The position numbers were made by a program, and so were the translations under genes. Source: Candidatus Eiseniibacteriota bacterium (GTDB lineage Bacteria > Eisenbacteria > RBG-16-71-46 > CAIMUX01 > VGJL01). Taken from it: 64,000 nt of DNA. The stretch is from NCBI GenBank assembly GCA_041946735.1, contig JBHGAY010000003.1, forward strand, positions 1 to 64,000, read 5' to 3'. Below, piece after piece: positions 19,177 through 29,878 of this stretch. Positions within the stretch are counted from its first letter, which is position 1, and each line of letters opens with the position of its first letter. Under the pieces are notes generated by a model, which worked only from the letters and a program-made list of their open reading frames with translations, was not told the origin of the DNA and did no database searches.

Positions 19177-20024
19177 GATGCCGCAGCCTCCTCGCCGTCC
19201 CGCCGCTCCTCGAACAGCACCGCGGCTCGCGACCCGGGGTGCAGGAAGAGCGCGACCGCGCAGCCGGTCAGGAAGCCGCCGACGTGCGCGAAGAGATCGG
19301 CGCCGAAGATCGCCGGCACCGTGGCGATCAGCATCAGCGGCAGGTAGACGCGCGCTGCCTTCCAGCGCTGGCGCGGCGTGAAGCGCCGTGAGTGGAGCAG
19401 CAGGAAGACGAGCGTGACGCCGTAGAGGCCGAAGATCGCGCCGCTCGCGCCGACCGACAGGACCGGCTTCGGCCGCAGGTAGAGCGAGAGAGCCGCGCCG
19501 CCGTAGCCGGAGAGGATGTACGCGAAGAGGAGCTTCCATCGCCCGTAGAAGTACTCGACCACGGCGCCCGAAGCGACGAGCGAGACCATGTTGAAGAAGA
19601 AGTGCTGCGGGCCGGCGTGGAGGAACATGGGCACGAGCGCCGCGAAGAATCCCTTGCCGGATCCGACGAACGTACGCAGGAAGCGCGCGAACCAGAAGAG
19701 GTGCTCCTCGTACGCGCCCTTCCAGACGAGATAGAGGACGGCGATCACCACGGTGTTGGCGAGGACGAGCATCTCCGTCATCGACAGTCCGCCGCGCGGG
19801 AAGATCGTCGCGGCGAGGCCGGGCGCGCGGGCGCGCGGCACGGGGCGGGGCGCCGGGAGGTAGAGGTGGTAGACCTCGAGCGTGTCGGCCAGGCGCCAGA
19901 CCCCCTGCGTCCACACCGGGGAGAGCACCCAGGCGTCGGCCGGGATGCGACCGGATCGGACCCACATCTCCCAGCTCTCGTCCGGGATGTCGATCTGCGT
20001 CTCGCCGATCCGGATCCTCGTCAA
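19173..20024 (-). CDS. Rhomboid-family intramembrane serine protease with small N-terminal soluble domain
   Basis: FLHAGPQHFFFNM, VGASGAIFG and AHVGGF motifs; TTG start with SD GGAGAGGGG. Confidence 0.9.
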   Translation of the reverse strand: MTRIRIGETQIDIPDESWEMWVRSGRIPADAWVLSPVWTQGVWRLADTLEVYHLYLPAPRPVPRARAPGLAATIFPRGGLSMTEMLVLANTVVIAVLYLVWKGAYEEHLFWFARFLRTFVGSGKGFFAALVPMFLHAGPQHFFFNMVSLVASGAVVEYFYGRWKLLFAYILSGYGGAALSLYLRPKPVLSVGASGAIFGLYGVTLVFLLLHSRRFTPRQRWKAARVYLPLMLIATVPAIFGADLFAHVGGFLTGCAVALFLHPGSRAAVLFEERRDGEEAAAS

Positions 20025-20196
20025 CCGGCCCCCTCTCCGGCTCGCGTCCGCCGCTCCGTTCCCGGCGCGGCCCGTTCTCGGCTTCGCGCCGTTTCCGGGC
20101 GGCTTCGTTCGCGGCGCCGCTCCCTTTCCGGTCGGATGGCGGCATGGTAGGCTCGCGCCGGTCATGGTAGCACAGGGCGCACAAAGTCCCGGCGGG

Positions 20197-20871
20197 ATGG
20201 CGGAACGCGCGGAAAGCCGCCGGCTGAAGATCGCGTTCCTCGGGTCGCACGGCGTCGGCAAGACCACGCTCTGCTTCGAGCTGGCGGCCCGTCTGAAGCG
20301 GCGCGACCTGAGCGTCGACATGGTGAAGGAGGTGGCGCGCGCCTGTCCGCTGCCGCTCAATCGCGACACGACGCCCGACGCGCAGGCCTGGATCCTCCAC
20401 ACGCAGATCGCGAACGAGATCGAGGCGATGTGCCGGCACGACGTTCTCGTCTGCGATCGATCGGTGCTCGACAACTACGCCTACATGGTCCACAAGTACG
20501 GCCGCACGCGCGTTTTCGACCAGCTCGTCTCCTCCTGGATCCCGACCTACGATCTGCTCGTCAAGGTCCCGATCCTCTCGCCGCCGCGCTTCGACGGCAT
20601 CCGCGATACGGGAGGCGAGTACCAGCTCGAGATCGACCGGCAGATCGAGACGCTGCTGAAGGACTTCCGGGTGGATTGCGTCCGCTTGCCGGCGTGGTCG
20701 CGCGACACGTGGATCGATCAGGTCCTCGCGAGCCTGCCGATCGCGGCCGAGCAGCTCGGCCTCTTCGAGGAGACGTCGTCCGGTCCGGGCGCGCGGCCCG
20801 AAGCGCCCGCGGGCGGCGGCGGCGGCGGACGTCCCGAGGCGGGGCCGCGTCCGGGCACCTCGAAGGGCTAG
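20197..20871 (+). CDS. AAA_28/NadR-like P-loop NTPase
   Basis: KIAFLGSHGVGKTT, EVAR, CDRSVLDNYAY and FDGIRD motifs. Confidence 0.8.
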   Translation: MAERAESRRLKIAFLGSHGVGKTTLCFELAARLKRRDLSVDMVKEVARACPLPLNRDTTPDAQAWILHTQIANEIEAMCRHDVLVCDRSVLDNYAYMVHKYGRTRVFDQLVSSWIPTYDLLVKVPILSPPRFDGIRDTGGEYQLEIDRQIETLLKDFRVDCVRLPAWSRDTWIDQVLASLPIAAEQLGLFEETSSGPGARPEAPAGGGGGGRPEAGPRPGTSKG

Positions 20872-20880
20872 GACGATTCC

Positions 20881-21249
20881 ATGGGCCGCCCCTTCGTCTT
20901 CCTTGGAGCGGCGCTCCTGCTGAACGCCTTCGCCAACGTCCTGATCAAGTACTCGATGACGCGAGGGGTACGCCCGCTCGTCTCTCTCCAGGGCACGACG
21001 CTCGCGCCGCTCTCCGGCTTCCTCACGCCGACCTACCTGCTCGCCATCCTCTGCTTCGCGGCGAACCTCGCCTGCTACTCGATCGCCCTGAAGTCGCTGA
21101 AGATCTCCCTCGCCTACCCGTTGATGGTGAGCCTCGGGTATCTCGTCATCCTCGCCTTCGGATGGACGCTCTTCGGCGAGCGGCTCGGCGCGGTGCAGTA
21201 CGTGGGGATCGGGTTGATCCTCCTCGGGCTCTGGCTCGTCGTCCGCTGA
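20881..21249 (+). CDS. SMR/DMT-family small membrane transporter
   Basis: 122 aa, 4 TM segments, ISLAYP and LFGERL motifs. Confidence 0.85.
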   Translation: MGRPFVFLGAALLLNAFANVLIKYSMTRGVRPLVSLQGTTLAPLSGFLTPTYLLAILCFAANLACYSIALKSLKISLAYPLMVSLGYLVILAFGWTLFGERLGAVQYVGIGLILLGLWLVVR

Positions 21250-21693
21250 CCGGTTGACCGCCTGACCGGGCGGAAGCCGGGGGGCCGCGCGGTGTTCGCA
21301 AGTCCCTCGCCTGCCTGCTCGTTGGTCATGCAGCCGTCGCCAGAATCGCTGCCCCAAGAAATGATCGTCTCCCTGGGTTTGGGCCCACTTCCGTGGGCAC
21401 CTGAACTTGGCGCAACGCGGGGAGGGTAGCGGAGGCAGCCCGACGTGCCCAGAGGCGCGCGGTGATCGGGCACCCCACCGAACGCCCGAACACGGGACGC
21501 AGCGCCCGCGAGGAACGCACACGGACCGCAGAACTTGTGTTGATCGTGTCCTGGGACTATGGGATCGTCATCGGTTGCGTTTTTTGCAGGTGCCTCTGCT
21601 CGGCCCAGCGCTATCGCCACGATCTTGAGATCGAACACGGCCGGCATGCCACAGCCAACATTGCAGAGGCGATCTGACGACCGGGGGGCACGC

Positions 21694-24600
21694 ATGCATG
21701 AATCCGTCCGCGACATCCAACGGGGCAGTCCAGCGCTGCTCCTTTTCGCTTTGCTGTTGCCGGTCTCGGCAGATGGAGGCACACCAGCGACGACCGGAGG
21801 GTGCGATCTGCGGGCGCTCCATGACGGCGCTTCTGGCCTCGATCCGACTGCCCGGCAAGCAGGCGCCGACGAAAGCTGGTTGCAGGTCGTAGCGGCGCAG
21901 CTCGCCCGGGATGAGTACAACGCGACACTAACGCCCGAAGGCATCCAGGCGCCCAACCGCGCGCACAACCTCCGCACGCAGTTCCGCGCGGGAGGGATCG
22001 AGGTCGCCCCGCGGCATGTCGGAACGCCGACCTCCGTTTGGCGCTTCGCCTGGACGACATCCCACTTCGGGCGCCCCGGCGTCCTCCGCGCTGTCGAAGC
22101 CGCTGACCCGGAGCAGGGCGGATCGCGCGTGTCCTATCGTCGCGCCGACTTCGATGAGTGGTACGAGAACTCCCCTCAGGGTCTCGAGCAGGGCTTCACC
22201 GTTCATCACCCTCCTCCCGGCCGAGGTCCCCTCTGTCTCGCAGGACGGATCGACGGCTTCCTTAGCGCCAATCTTCAGACAGACGGAGCGGCGGTGGATC
22301 TGCTGGACGCTGACGGGTCGGTGGCTCTCCGTTATGGCGAACTTCGCGTCCTCGACGCGGGCGGCAACGAGGTCCCCGCACGTCTGGCCCTCGATGGGAC
22401 GGAACTCAGGATCGTTGTCGAGGACGAGGGCGCGCTCTACCCGCTGACCATCGACCCGCTCCTGACCTCGCCCGCCTGGAGCGAGGGGAGCGACCAGGAT
22501 GCCGCCCACTTCGGCTGCTCTGTGGCAACTGGGGGAGACGTGAATGGCGACGGCTTCTCTGACGTCATCGTCGGGGCGCGTGGTTACGACAACGGTCAGT
22601 TCGGGGAGGGGAGCGCCTTCGTCTATCTCGGCTCGGCGTCAGGATTGGCGACGACCGCGGCGTGGAGCGCCGAGGGCAATCAGGACACCGCATACTTCGG
22701 AACCTCGGTTTCGACGGCAGGTGATGTCAACGGGGACGGCTTCTCCGACGTCATCGTCGGCGCCCTGTACTACAACGATCCCGAGCCCGACGAAGGGCAG
22801 GCCTTCGTGTACTACGGCTCTGCGGAAGGACTCAGCACCACCCCGGCTTGGACCGCCGGGAGCGGTCAAGCCGACGCGCACTTCGGCAACGCGGTCTCCA
22901 CCGCGGGTGACGTGAATGGCGATGGGTTCTCCGACGTCATCGTCGGAGCCGATGGCTGGGACAACAACGAGTTTGCCGAAGGTCGCGCCTACGTTTTCCA
23001 TGGGTCGGCGGGAGGCCTCTCCACGACCCCGGCCTGGACTGTCGAGGGGAATCAGGCAGAGGCCGCATACGGCGGCTCGGTGGCGATGGCAGGCGACGTG
23101 AACGGCGACGGCTTCTCGGATGTGATCGTGGGGGCCGCTCGATACGACAACGGGCAGAGCAACGAGGGACGGGCCTACGTCTACCACGGCTCGGCAGCAG
23201 GTCTCGCGACCACCGCCGCCTGGACCGCCGAGAGCAACCAGGCGAACTCCTGGTTTGGGGGATCCGTGGCGACAGCGGGCGACGTGAACGGCGACGGCTT
23301 TTCCGACGTGATCGTCGGCGCGGCATTGTACGACTTCATCCAGACCGATGAGGGACGAGCGTATGTCTATCACGGGTCGCCTTCCGGGCTCGCCGCGACT
23401 GCCGCCTGGACCGTGGAGAGCAATCAGGATCTCGCCTACTTCGGGATGTCCGTCGCGGCCGCCGGCGACGTGAACGGTGACGGCTTCTCGGATGTCATCG
23501 TCGGCGCGAGCGGCGACAGCGACAGCCGCGGCCGGGCCTTCGCCTATCACGGCTCAGCGGAGGGCCTCGCCACAGCCTCCGCCTGGACTGTCGGTGGTCC
23601 GCAGACCGGCGGCCAGTTCGGGATCTCGGTGGCGACGGCAGGCGACGTGAATGGGGACGGTCTGTCCGATGTCATCGTCGGCGCCGACGGCATCGACTTC
23701 GTCGGCGAGGACGACGGATGGGCCTTCGTGTACCACGGTTCGCCGGCCAGCCTCGCCACCAGCGCCGGCTGGATGGCCGAGAGCAACCAAGCCGGCGCGG
23801 GGCTTGGCATGTCGGTGGCGGCAGCAGGGGACGTCAATGGCGACGGCTATGCTGACGTCATCGTCGGCGCGCATGAGTATGACAACGGCCAACTCGACGA
23901 GGGGCGGGCCTTCGTCTTTCACGGTTCGGCAACGGGACTTGCGACCGGCCCCGCCTGGACGGCCGAGGGCGACCAGGCCGCCGCCCTCTTCGGAATCTCC
24001 GTGGCTACAGCAGGCGACGTCAACGGCGATGGGTTCTCCGACGTCATCGTCGGCGCGTATCAGTACGACAACGGCGAGAGCGACGAAGGGCGGGTTTTCG
24101 TCTTTCACGGGTCGGCAGCAGGGCTCGTCGCCACCGCCGTCTGGACCGCGGAGAGCGACCAGGCTGACGCCCACCTCGGCTCATCCGTGGCGACAGCCGG
24201 GGATGTCAACGGCGATGGCTACTCCGATGTGATTGTCGGCGCTCCCGGCTACAGCAACGGCCAGAACGGCGAGGGGCGCGTCTACGTCTATCACGGCTCC
24301 GCGACGGGACTCGGCGCTTCCCCCGTTTGGATCGGCGAGAGCAACCAGGCCGGCGCGCTCTTCGGCATATCGGTGGCGACAGCCGGGGACGTGAACGGCG
24401 ACGGCAACTCCGACGTCGTCATTGGAGCCTATCAGTTCGACAACGGCCAGAGCGACGAGGGCCGTGCGTTCGTCTACCACGGCTCGCCGACCGGACTCGC
24501 GGCCACGGCCGCATGGACGGCCGAGAGCAACCAGGCGAGCTCCCTCTTCGGCGAGGTGGCAGGAGCGGGCGATGTGAATGGCGACGGCTTCTCGGACGTC

Positions 24601-25761
24601 ATCGTCGGAGCTTTCCTTTACGGCAACGGCGAGGCTGGCGAGGGCCGTGCCTTCGTCTATCACGGCTCCCCCGCCGGGCTTGGGCTCACGGCAGCATGGA
24701 CCGCGGAGAGTGATCAGGTCGGCGCCAGGTTCGGCTCCTCGGTGGCCTCCGCTGGAGACGTGAACGGCGATGGGTTCTCCGACGTCATCGTGGGCGCCTA
24801 CCTGTACACCAATGGTCAGAGCGACGAGGGTCGCGTCTACGCTTACCAGGGCTCTGCCGCGGGACTCGCAACCACCCCGGCGTGGACCGCGGAGAGCAAT
24901 CAGGCCAGCGCGAAGATGGGAATCTCCGTGGCGGCGGCCGGAGACGTCAACGGCGATGGGTTCTCGGACGTCATTGCCGGCGCCCGCGACTACGACAATG
25001 GCCAGACCGACGAGGGCCGCAGCTTTGTCTACTACGGCAACGGCGGACCGGGCCGCCGGACGTTGCCGCGCCAGCAGCGCACCGACGCCGCGACGACCAT
25101 CGCTCTCCTCGGATGCTCCGACAGCGAGACGCAGTTCCGGATACGGGCCGTCATGCTCTCGGTCTACGGACGGACGCGTCTGCAGATGGAACAGGAAGTG
25201 AAGCCGCGCGGCGTTGTCTTCGACGGTCTGAATACGGTCTCCGGCAACCCGTTCGACATCGGAAGCGACGGTGAGATCTCCTTCAACCGTTTGGTCAGCG
25301 GCCTCAACGCCGGCACGCAGTATCACTGGCGTGTCCGGGCGAAGTACGACCTCGCCAAGAGCCCGTTTCAGCGCAACGGCCCATGGCTGCAGATCCCGGT
25401 CAACGGCTGGAACGAAACCGACCTGAGCACGGCAGGTGGGACGGCGAGCGCAGCGCAGAGTTCAGGGATCGAGCGGGAGACGTTGTTCGATCTGCTGCCG
25501 GCCGGCGCCAACCCCGCGCGCGGGCCATGCGAAGTGATGCTCTCGCTAAGCCAGAAGGCCCTCATCCAGGCAGAGGTCGTCGATGTCTTCGGTCGCCGGG
25601 TAGCGATCCTGGTCGAGAACGCGGTCTACGAAGAAGGATCCCACATCCTGCGCTGGGACGGACGAGGTGAACACGATTCGAACGCGGCTGCAGGGGTGTA
25701 TTTCATCCGCGTGCGATCGGGCGTGGACGTCGGCGTTCGCAAGGTGATCCTGATGCGCTAG
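21694..25761 (+). CDS. Large secreted integrin-alpha-like FG-GAP protein (14 repeats) with CTD
   Basis: 14 x GDVNGDGxxDV(I/V)xGA; N-domain with EWYEN..GLEQGF...YPLTIDP; C-terminal DVFGRRV...WDGR...GVYF...RKVILMR. Start taken at MHESV. Confidence 0.9.
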   Translation: MHESVRDIQRGSPALLLFALLLPVSADGGTPATTGGCDLRALHDGASGLDPTARQAGADESWLQVVAAQLARDEYNATLTPEGIQAPNRAHNLRTQFRAGGIEVAPRHVGTPTSVWRFAWTTSHFGRPGVLRAVEAADPEQGGSRVSYRRADFDEWYENSPQGLEQGFTVHHPPPGRGPLCLAGRIDGFLSANLQTDGAAVDLLDADGSVALRYGELRVLDAGGNEVPARLALDGTELRIVVEDEGALYPLTIDPLLTSPAWSEGSDQDAAHFGCSVATGGDVNGDGFSDVIVGARGYDNGQFGEGSAFVYLGSASGLATTAAWSAEGNQDTAYFGTSVSTAGDVNGDGFSDVIVGALYYNDPEPDEGQAFVYYGSAEGLSTTPAWTAGSGQADAHFGNAVSTAGDVNGDGFSDVIVGADGWDNNEFAEGRAYVFHGSAGGLSTTPAWTVEGNQAEAAYGGSVAMAGDVNGDGFSDVIVGAARYDNGQSNEGRAYVYHGSAAGLATTAAWTAESNQANSWFGGSVATAGDVNGDGFSDVIVGAALYDFIQTDEGRAYVYHGSPSGLAATAAWTVESNQDLAYFGMSVAAAGDVNGDGFSDVIVGASGDSDSRGRAFAYHGSAEGLATASAWTVGGPQTGGQFGISVATAGDVNGDGLSDVIVGADGIDFVGEDDGWAFVYHGSPASLATSAGWMAESNQAGAGLGMSVAAAGDVNGDGYADVIVGAHEYDNGQLDEGRAFVFHGSATGLATGPAWTAEGDQAAALFGISVATAGDVNGDGFSDVIVGAYQYDNGESDEGRVFVFHGSAAGLVATAVWTAESDQADAHLGSSVATAGDVNGDGYSDVIVGAPGYSNGQNGEGRVYVYHGSATGLGASPVWIGESNQAGALFGISVATAGDVNGDGNSDVVIGAYQFDNGQSDEGRAFVYHGSPTGLAATAAWTAESNQASSLFGEVAGAGDVNGDGFSDVIVGAFLYGNGEAGEGRAFVYHGSPAGLGLTAAWTAESDQVGARFGSSVASAGDVNGDGFSDVIVGAYLYTNGQSDEGRVYAYQGSAAGLATTPAWTAESNQASAKMGISVAAAGDVNGDGFSDVIAGARDYDNGQTDEGRSFVYYGNGGPGRRTLPRQQRTDAATTIALLGCSDSETQFRIRAVMLSVYGRTRLQMEQEVKPRGVVFDGLNTVSGNPFDIGSDGEISFNRLVSGLNAGTQYHWRVRAKYDLAKSPFQRNGPWLQIPVNGWNETDLSTAGGTASAAQSSGIERETLFDLLPAGANPARGPCEVMLSLSQKALIQAEVVDVFGRRVAILVENAVYEEGSHILRWDGRGEHDSNAAAGVYFIRVRSGVDVGVRKVILMR

Positions 25762-25922
25762 CACGATCACCTGAGTTCCGTCCAAGAGCGCGAGCGCGAG
25801 TCGTCGACCTACGCGGCGGCGCTCCGGTCGCGCAACAGGTGCAGGCCGAAGCTGGACTTTGCGGCGGGAGAGGATGCCCGACTGACGAACCCGGGAAACC
25901 GGTCGGGCGGAAGCGGGCGATC

Positions 25923-27110
25923 CTACTGGTACATCCAGGACGCCGCCGTATTCAGCACGAGCACCCGTTCCTCGGGCTTGATCCGCTCTTCGATGAGCAG
26001 GCGCCGGATCGCCGTGACCGCCGCCGCCCCCTCCGGCGCCAGATCGAGCCCCTCCGTGCGGGCGGCGAGGCGCATCGCGGGCAGGATCGTCTCCTCCGGG
26101 ACGTCGATCGCCCAGCCCCGGCTGTCGTAGAGCACGCGCAGGATCTCGACGTCGGCGAAGGGAGCGGGGACGCGAAGCCCCCAGCAGCGGGTGCGCGCGT
26201 CGGTGGCGGGGATCGCCCTCTGCGCGACCGCGCGGAACGCGTCGACGATCGGCCGGCAGCCCTCCACCTGGACGGCGACCATCCTCGGGCGCTTGCCGCC
26301 AATCCAGCCGAGGGCTCGCATCTCCTCGAACGCCTTCCAGATCCCGATCAGTCCGGTGCCTCCGCCCGTCGGATAGACGATCACGTCCGGCATCTCGGGG
26401 AGCGCGAGACCGATCTCGTAGCCCATCGTCTTCTTCCCCTCGACCCGGTACGGCTCCTTCAACGTCGACAGGTCGAACGCCTCGCTCCAGGTGTTCCCCT
26501 TCTCGATCTGCGCGTGGAGGGCCGCGGCCGCCTCGCGGATCGTCGAGCCCTCGACGATCACCTCCGCGCCCTGAGCGCGGGCCTGGCGCACGAAGGCGGG
26601 AGGCGTCTCGGACGGAAAGGCGACCAGCGCGCGAAGGCCGTGGCGTGCCGCATAGGCGGCGAGAGCGACTCCCGCGTTGCCGGCCGACGGAGCGTAGACG
26701 GCGGAGGCTCCCAGCTCGGCGGCCCGCGCGACGGCGACCGCCATCCCGCGCGCTTTGAACGATGCGGTCGGATTCACCCCTTCGTCCTTCACCCACAGAT
26801 CCGCCATGCCGAGCTCGCGGGCGAGGCGAGGGACGGAGAGGATCGGGGTCATCCCTTCCCCGAGCCCGATCCGGTAGCGCGCGGCGCGGACCGGTAGCAG
26901 CTCGGAGAAGCGCCACAGATCGCAGGGGCGCGTGAGCAGATCCCACACCATGCCGGGCAGGTCCTCGCGGGCCAGGTCGTAGCGCGCGAGCAGGGGACCG
27001 CCGCATGCGGAGCAGACGGTTTGAAGGCGATCGGGTTCCTCGCGGCGCCCGCAGCGCGCGCATTCGAGGTGGCTCAGTGCGGATCCAAGGATGAAAGGGC
27101 TCAGGAGCAC
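25923..27110 (-). CDS. thrC: Threonine synthase
   Basis: Zn-ribbon CxxC; LGEGMTP; PLP lysine in NPTASFKARG; SAGNAG; EGKKTMG; PTGGGTG. Confidence 0.9.
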   Translation of the reverse strand: MLLSPFILGSALSHLECARCGRREEPDRLQTVCSACGGPLLARYDLAREDLPGMVWDLLTRPCDLWRFSELLPVRAARYRIGLGEGMTPILSVPRLARELGMADLWVKDEGVNPTASFKARGMAVAVARAAELGASAVYAPSAGNAGVALAAYAARHGLRALVAFPSETPPAFVRQARAQGAEVIVEGSTIREAAAALHAQIEKGNTWSEAFDLSTLKEPYRVEGKKTMGYEIGLALPEMPDVIVYPTGGGTGLIGIWKAFEEMRALGWIGGKRPRMVAVQVEGCRPIVDAFRAVAQRAIPATDARTRCWGLRVPAPFADVEILRVLYDSRGWAIDVPEETILPAMRLAARTEGLDLAPEGAAAVTAIRRLLIEERIKPEERVLVLNTAASWMYQ

Positions 27111-27346
27111 GGGGAACAGAGTAGCAGAGCGCGGACGCCTCCGACCTGGGCCAACCGATCGTTCCTACGGTTCTGCCCGGCCCCGGCCCGGGGACCATCG
27201 AGCGAGCGCCGTTCCTTGCGTGGCGCGGCGCGCGCATTCGTAGCATCCTCACACCGGTCCGTGTCCGCTCCGGCCGCCGCCGCCTTCGAAGCGCAGGGGC
27301 ATCCGGTACGGAGCGCCGTTACGCCGTCCCCGGAGGAACAGGAGAG

Positions 27347-28750
<1,404 letters not shown>

Positions 28751-28768
28751 AGGAGGAGGGGAGGGAAG

Positions 28769-29815
28769 ATGGAGACGGCCTGGTTCCTCTTGATCGCGGG
28801 GTTCCTGATCGCCTACGTCGTCCTCGACGGCTTCGACCTGGGCGCGGGGATCGTGAGCTGGCTCGTCGCTCGCGGACACGACGAACGCCGCACCGTCCTG
28901 CGGGCGATCGGGCCCGTCTGGAACGGCAACGAGGTCTGGATCGTGGCGGCGGGCGGGGCGCTCTTCTTCGCGTTCCCGATCCTGTACGCGGCGAGCTTCA
29001 GCGGCTTCTACCTGTCGCTGATCATGGTGCTGTGGCTGCTGATGCTGCGGGGCATCGGGGTCGAGCTGCGCTCTCACGTGGAGAGCCCGCTCTGGTGGTC
29101 CTTCTGCGATTTCCTCTTCGCACTCTCGGGGCTCTTGCTCGCGCTCTTTTACGGGGTCGCGATCGGCAACGTGGTGCGCGGCGTTCCGCTCGACGCCGAT
29201 CACTTCTTCTTCGAGCCGCTCTGGACCGACTTTCGCGTCGGGCCGCACCCCGGAATCCTCGACTGGTACACGGTGCTGACAGGCCTGGTCGCCGTCGCCG
29301 CCCTGGCGGTCCATGGCGCGACCTACGTTGCGACGAAAACCGAGGGTGTGTTGAACGGACGGGCGAGGCGGGTTGCGTTGCGGGCGTGGGGAGCGGTCGT
29401 CGCGCTGACGGTTGTCAGCCTCCTCGGCACGCTGTCGATTCGTGACGACGTGATGGACGCGTTCGCCTCCCGTCCATGGGGATGGATCATCCCGGTCGCC
29501 GTCGCGGCGGCGCTGGCAGCGGTTCCCTACTTCCTGCGCCGGGAGCGCGATGGCGCGGCGTTCCTCGCGTCGGCGGCGTACCTGGCGGCGATGCTCGGCG
29601 GCGCGGCCTTCGTGCAATACCCGAAGCTGCTGCCTTCGAGCATCGACCCTGCCTACACGCTGACGATCGACAATGCGCGCACGGGCGCCTACAGCATGAG
29701 GGTCGGGCTCATCTGGTGGCTCCTGGGGACGCTTCTCGCGATCGCCTACTTCGTCCATCTCTACCGGTCGTTCCGGGGGAAGGTGAGGCCGGCTGAGGAG
29801 GGCGAGGCGTACTGA
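28769..29815 (+). CDS. cydB: Cytochrome bd ubiquinol oxidase subunit II
   Basis: LDGFDLGAG, GPVWNGNEVW and FSGFY motifs; follows cydA. Confidence 0.97.
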   Translation: METAWFLLIAGFLIAYVVLDGFDLGAGIVSWLVARGHDERRTVLRAIGPVWNGNEVWIVAAGGALFFAFPILYAASFSGFYLSLIMVLWLLMLRGIGVELRSHVESPLWWSFCDFLFALSGLLLALFYGVAIGNVVRGVPLDADHFFFEPLWTDFRVGPHPGILDWYTVLTGLVAVAALAVHGATYVATKTEGVLNGRARRVALRAWGAVVALTVVSLLGTLSIRDDVMDAFASRPWGWIIPVAVAAALAAVPYFLRRERDGAAFLASAAYLAAMLGGAAFVQYPKLLPSSIDPAYTLTIDNARTGAYSMRVGLIWWLLGTLLAIAYFVHLYRSFRGKVRPAEEGEAY

Positions 29816-29878
29816 GGCCCGCCGCTCCTCGTTCCTCGTTCGGATGACAGAGGTAAAGCCGCGGCGTCCTCCGGAGGA

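Noticed and set aside
18517..21522. 1001-aa ORF
   Set aside because: Only the last 219 aa (NUDIX) look like protein. The rest overlaps the rhomboid, AAA and SMR genes and is a high-GC shadow frame.
21250..21693. Long intergenic region as a possible ncRNA, riboswitch or small gene
   Set aside because: No recognisable RNA family motif or convincing ORF was seen by eye. An Rfam/Infernal scan would be needed.
22500..25040. Regularly spaced DNA repeats that could suggest a CRISPR array or DGR
   Set aside because: They are coding FG-GAP repeats with synonymous variation. There are no unique spacers, cas genes or reverse transcriptase.
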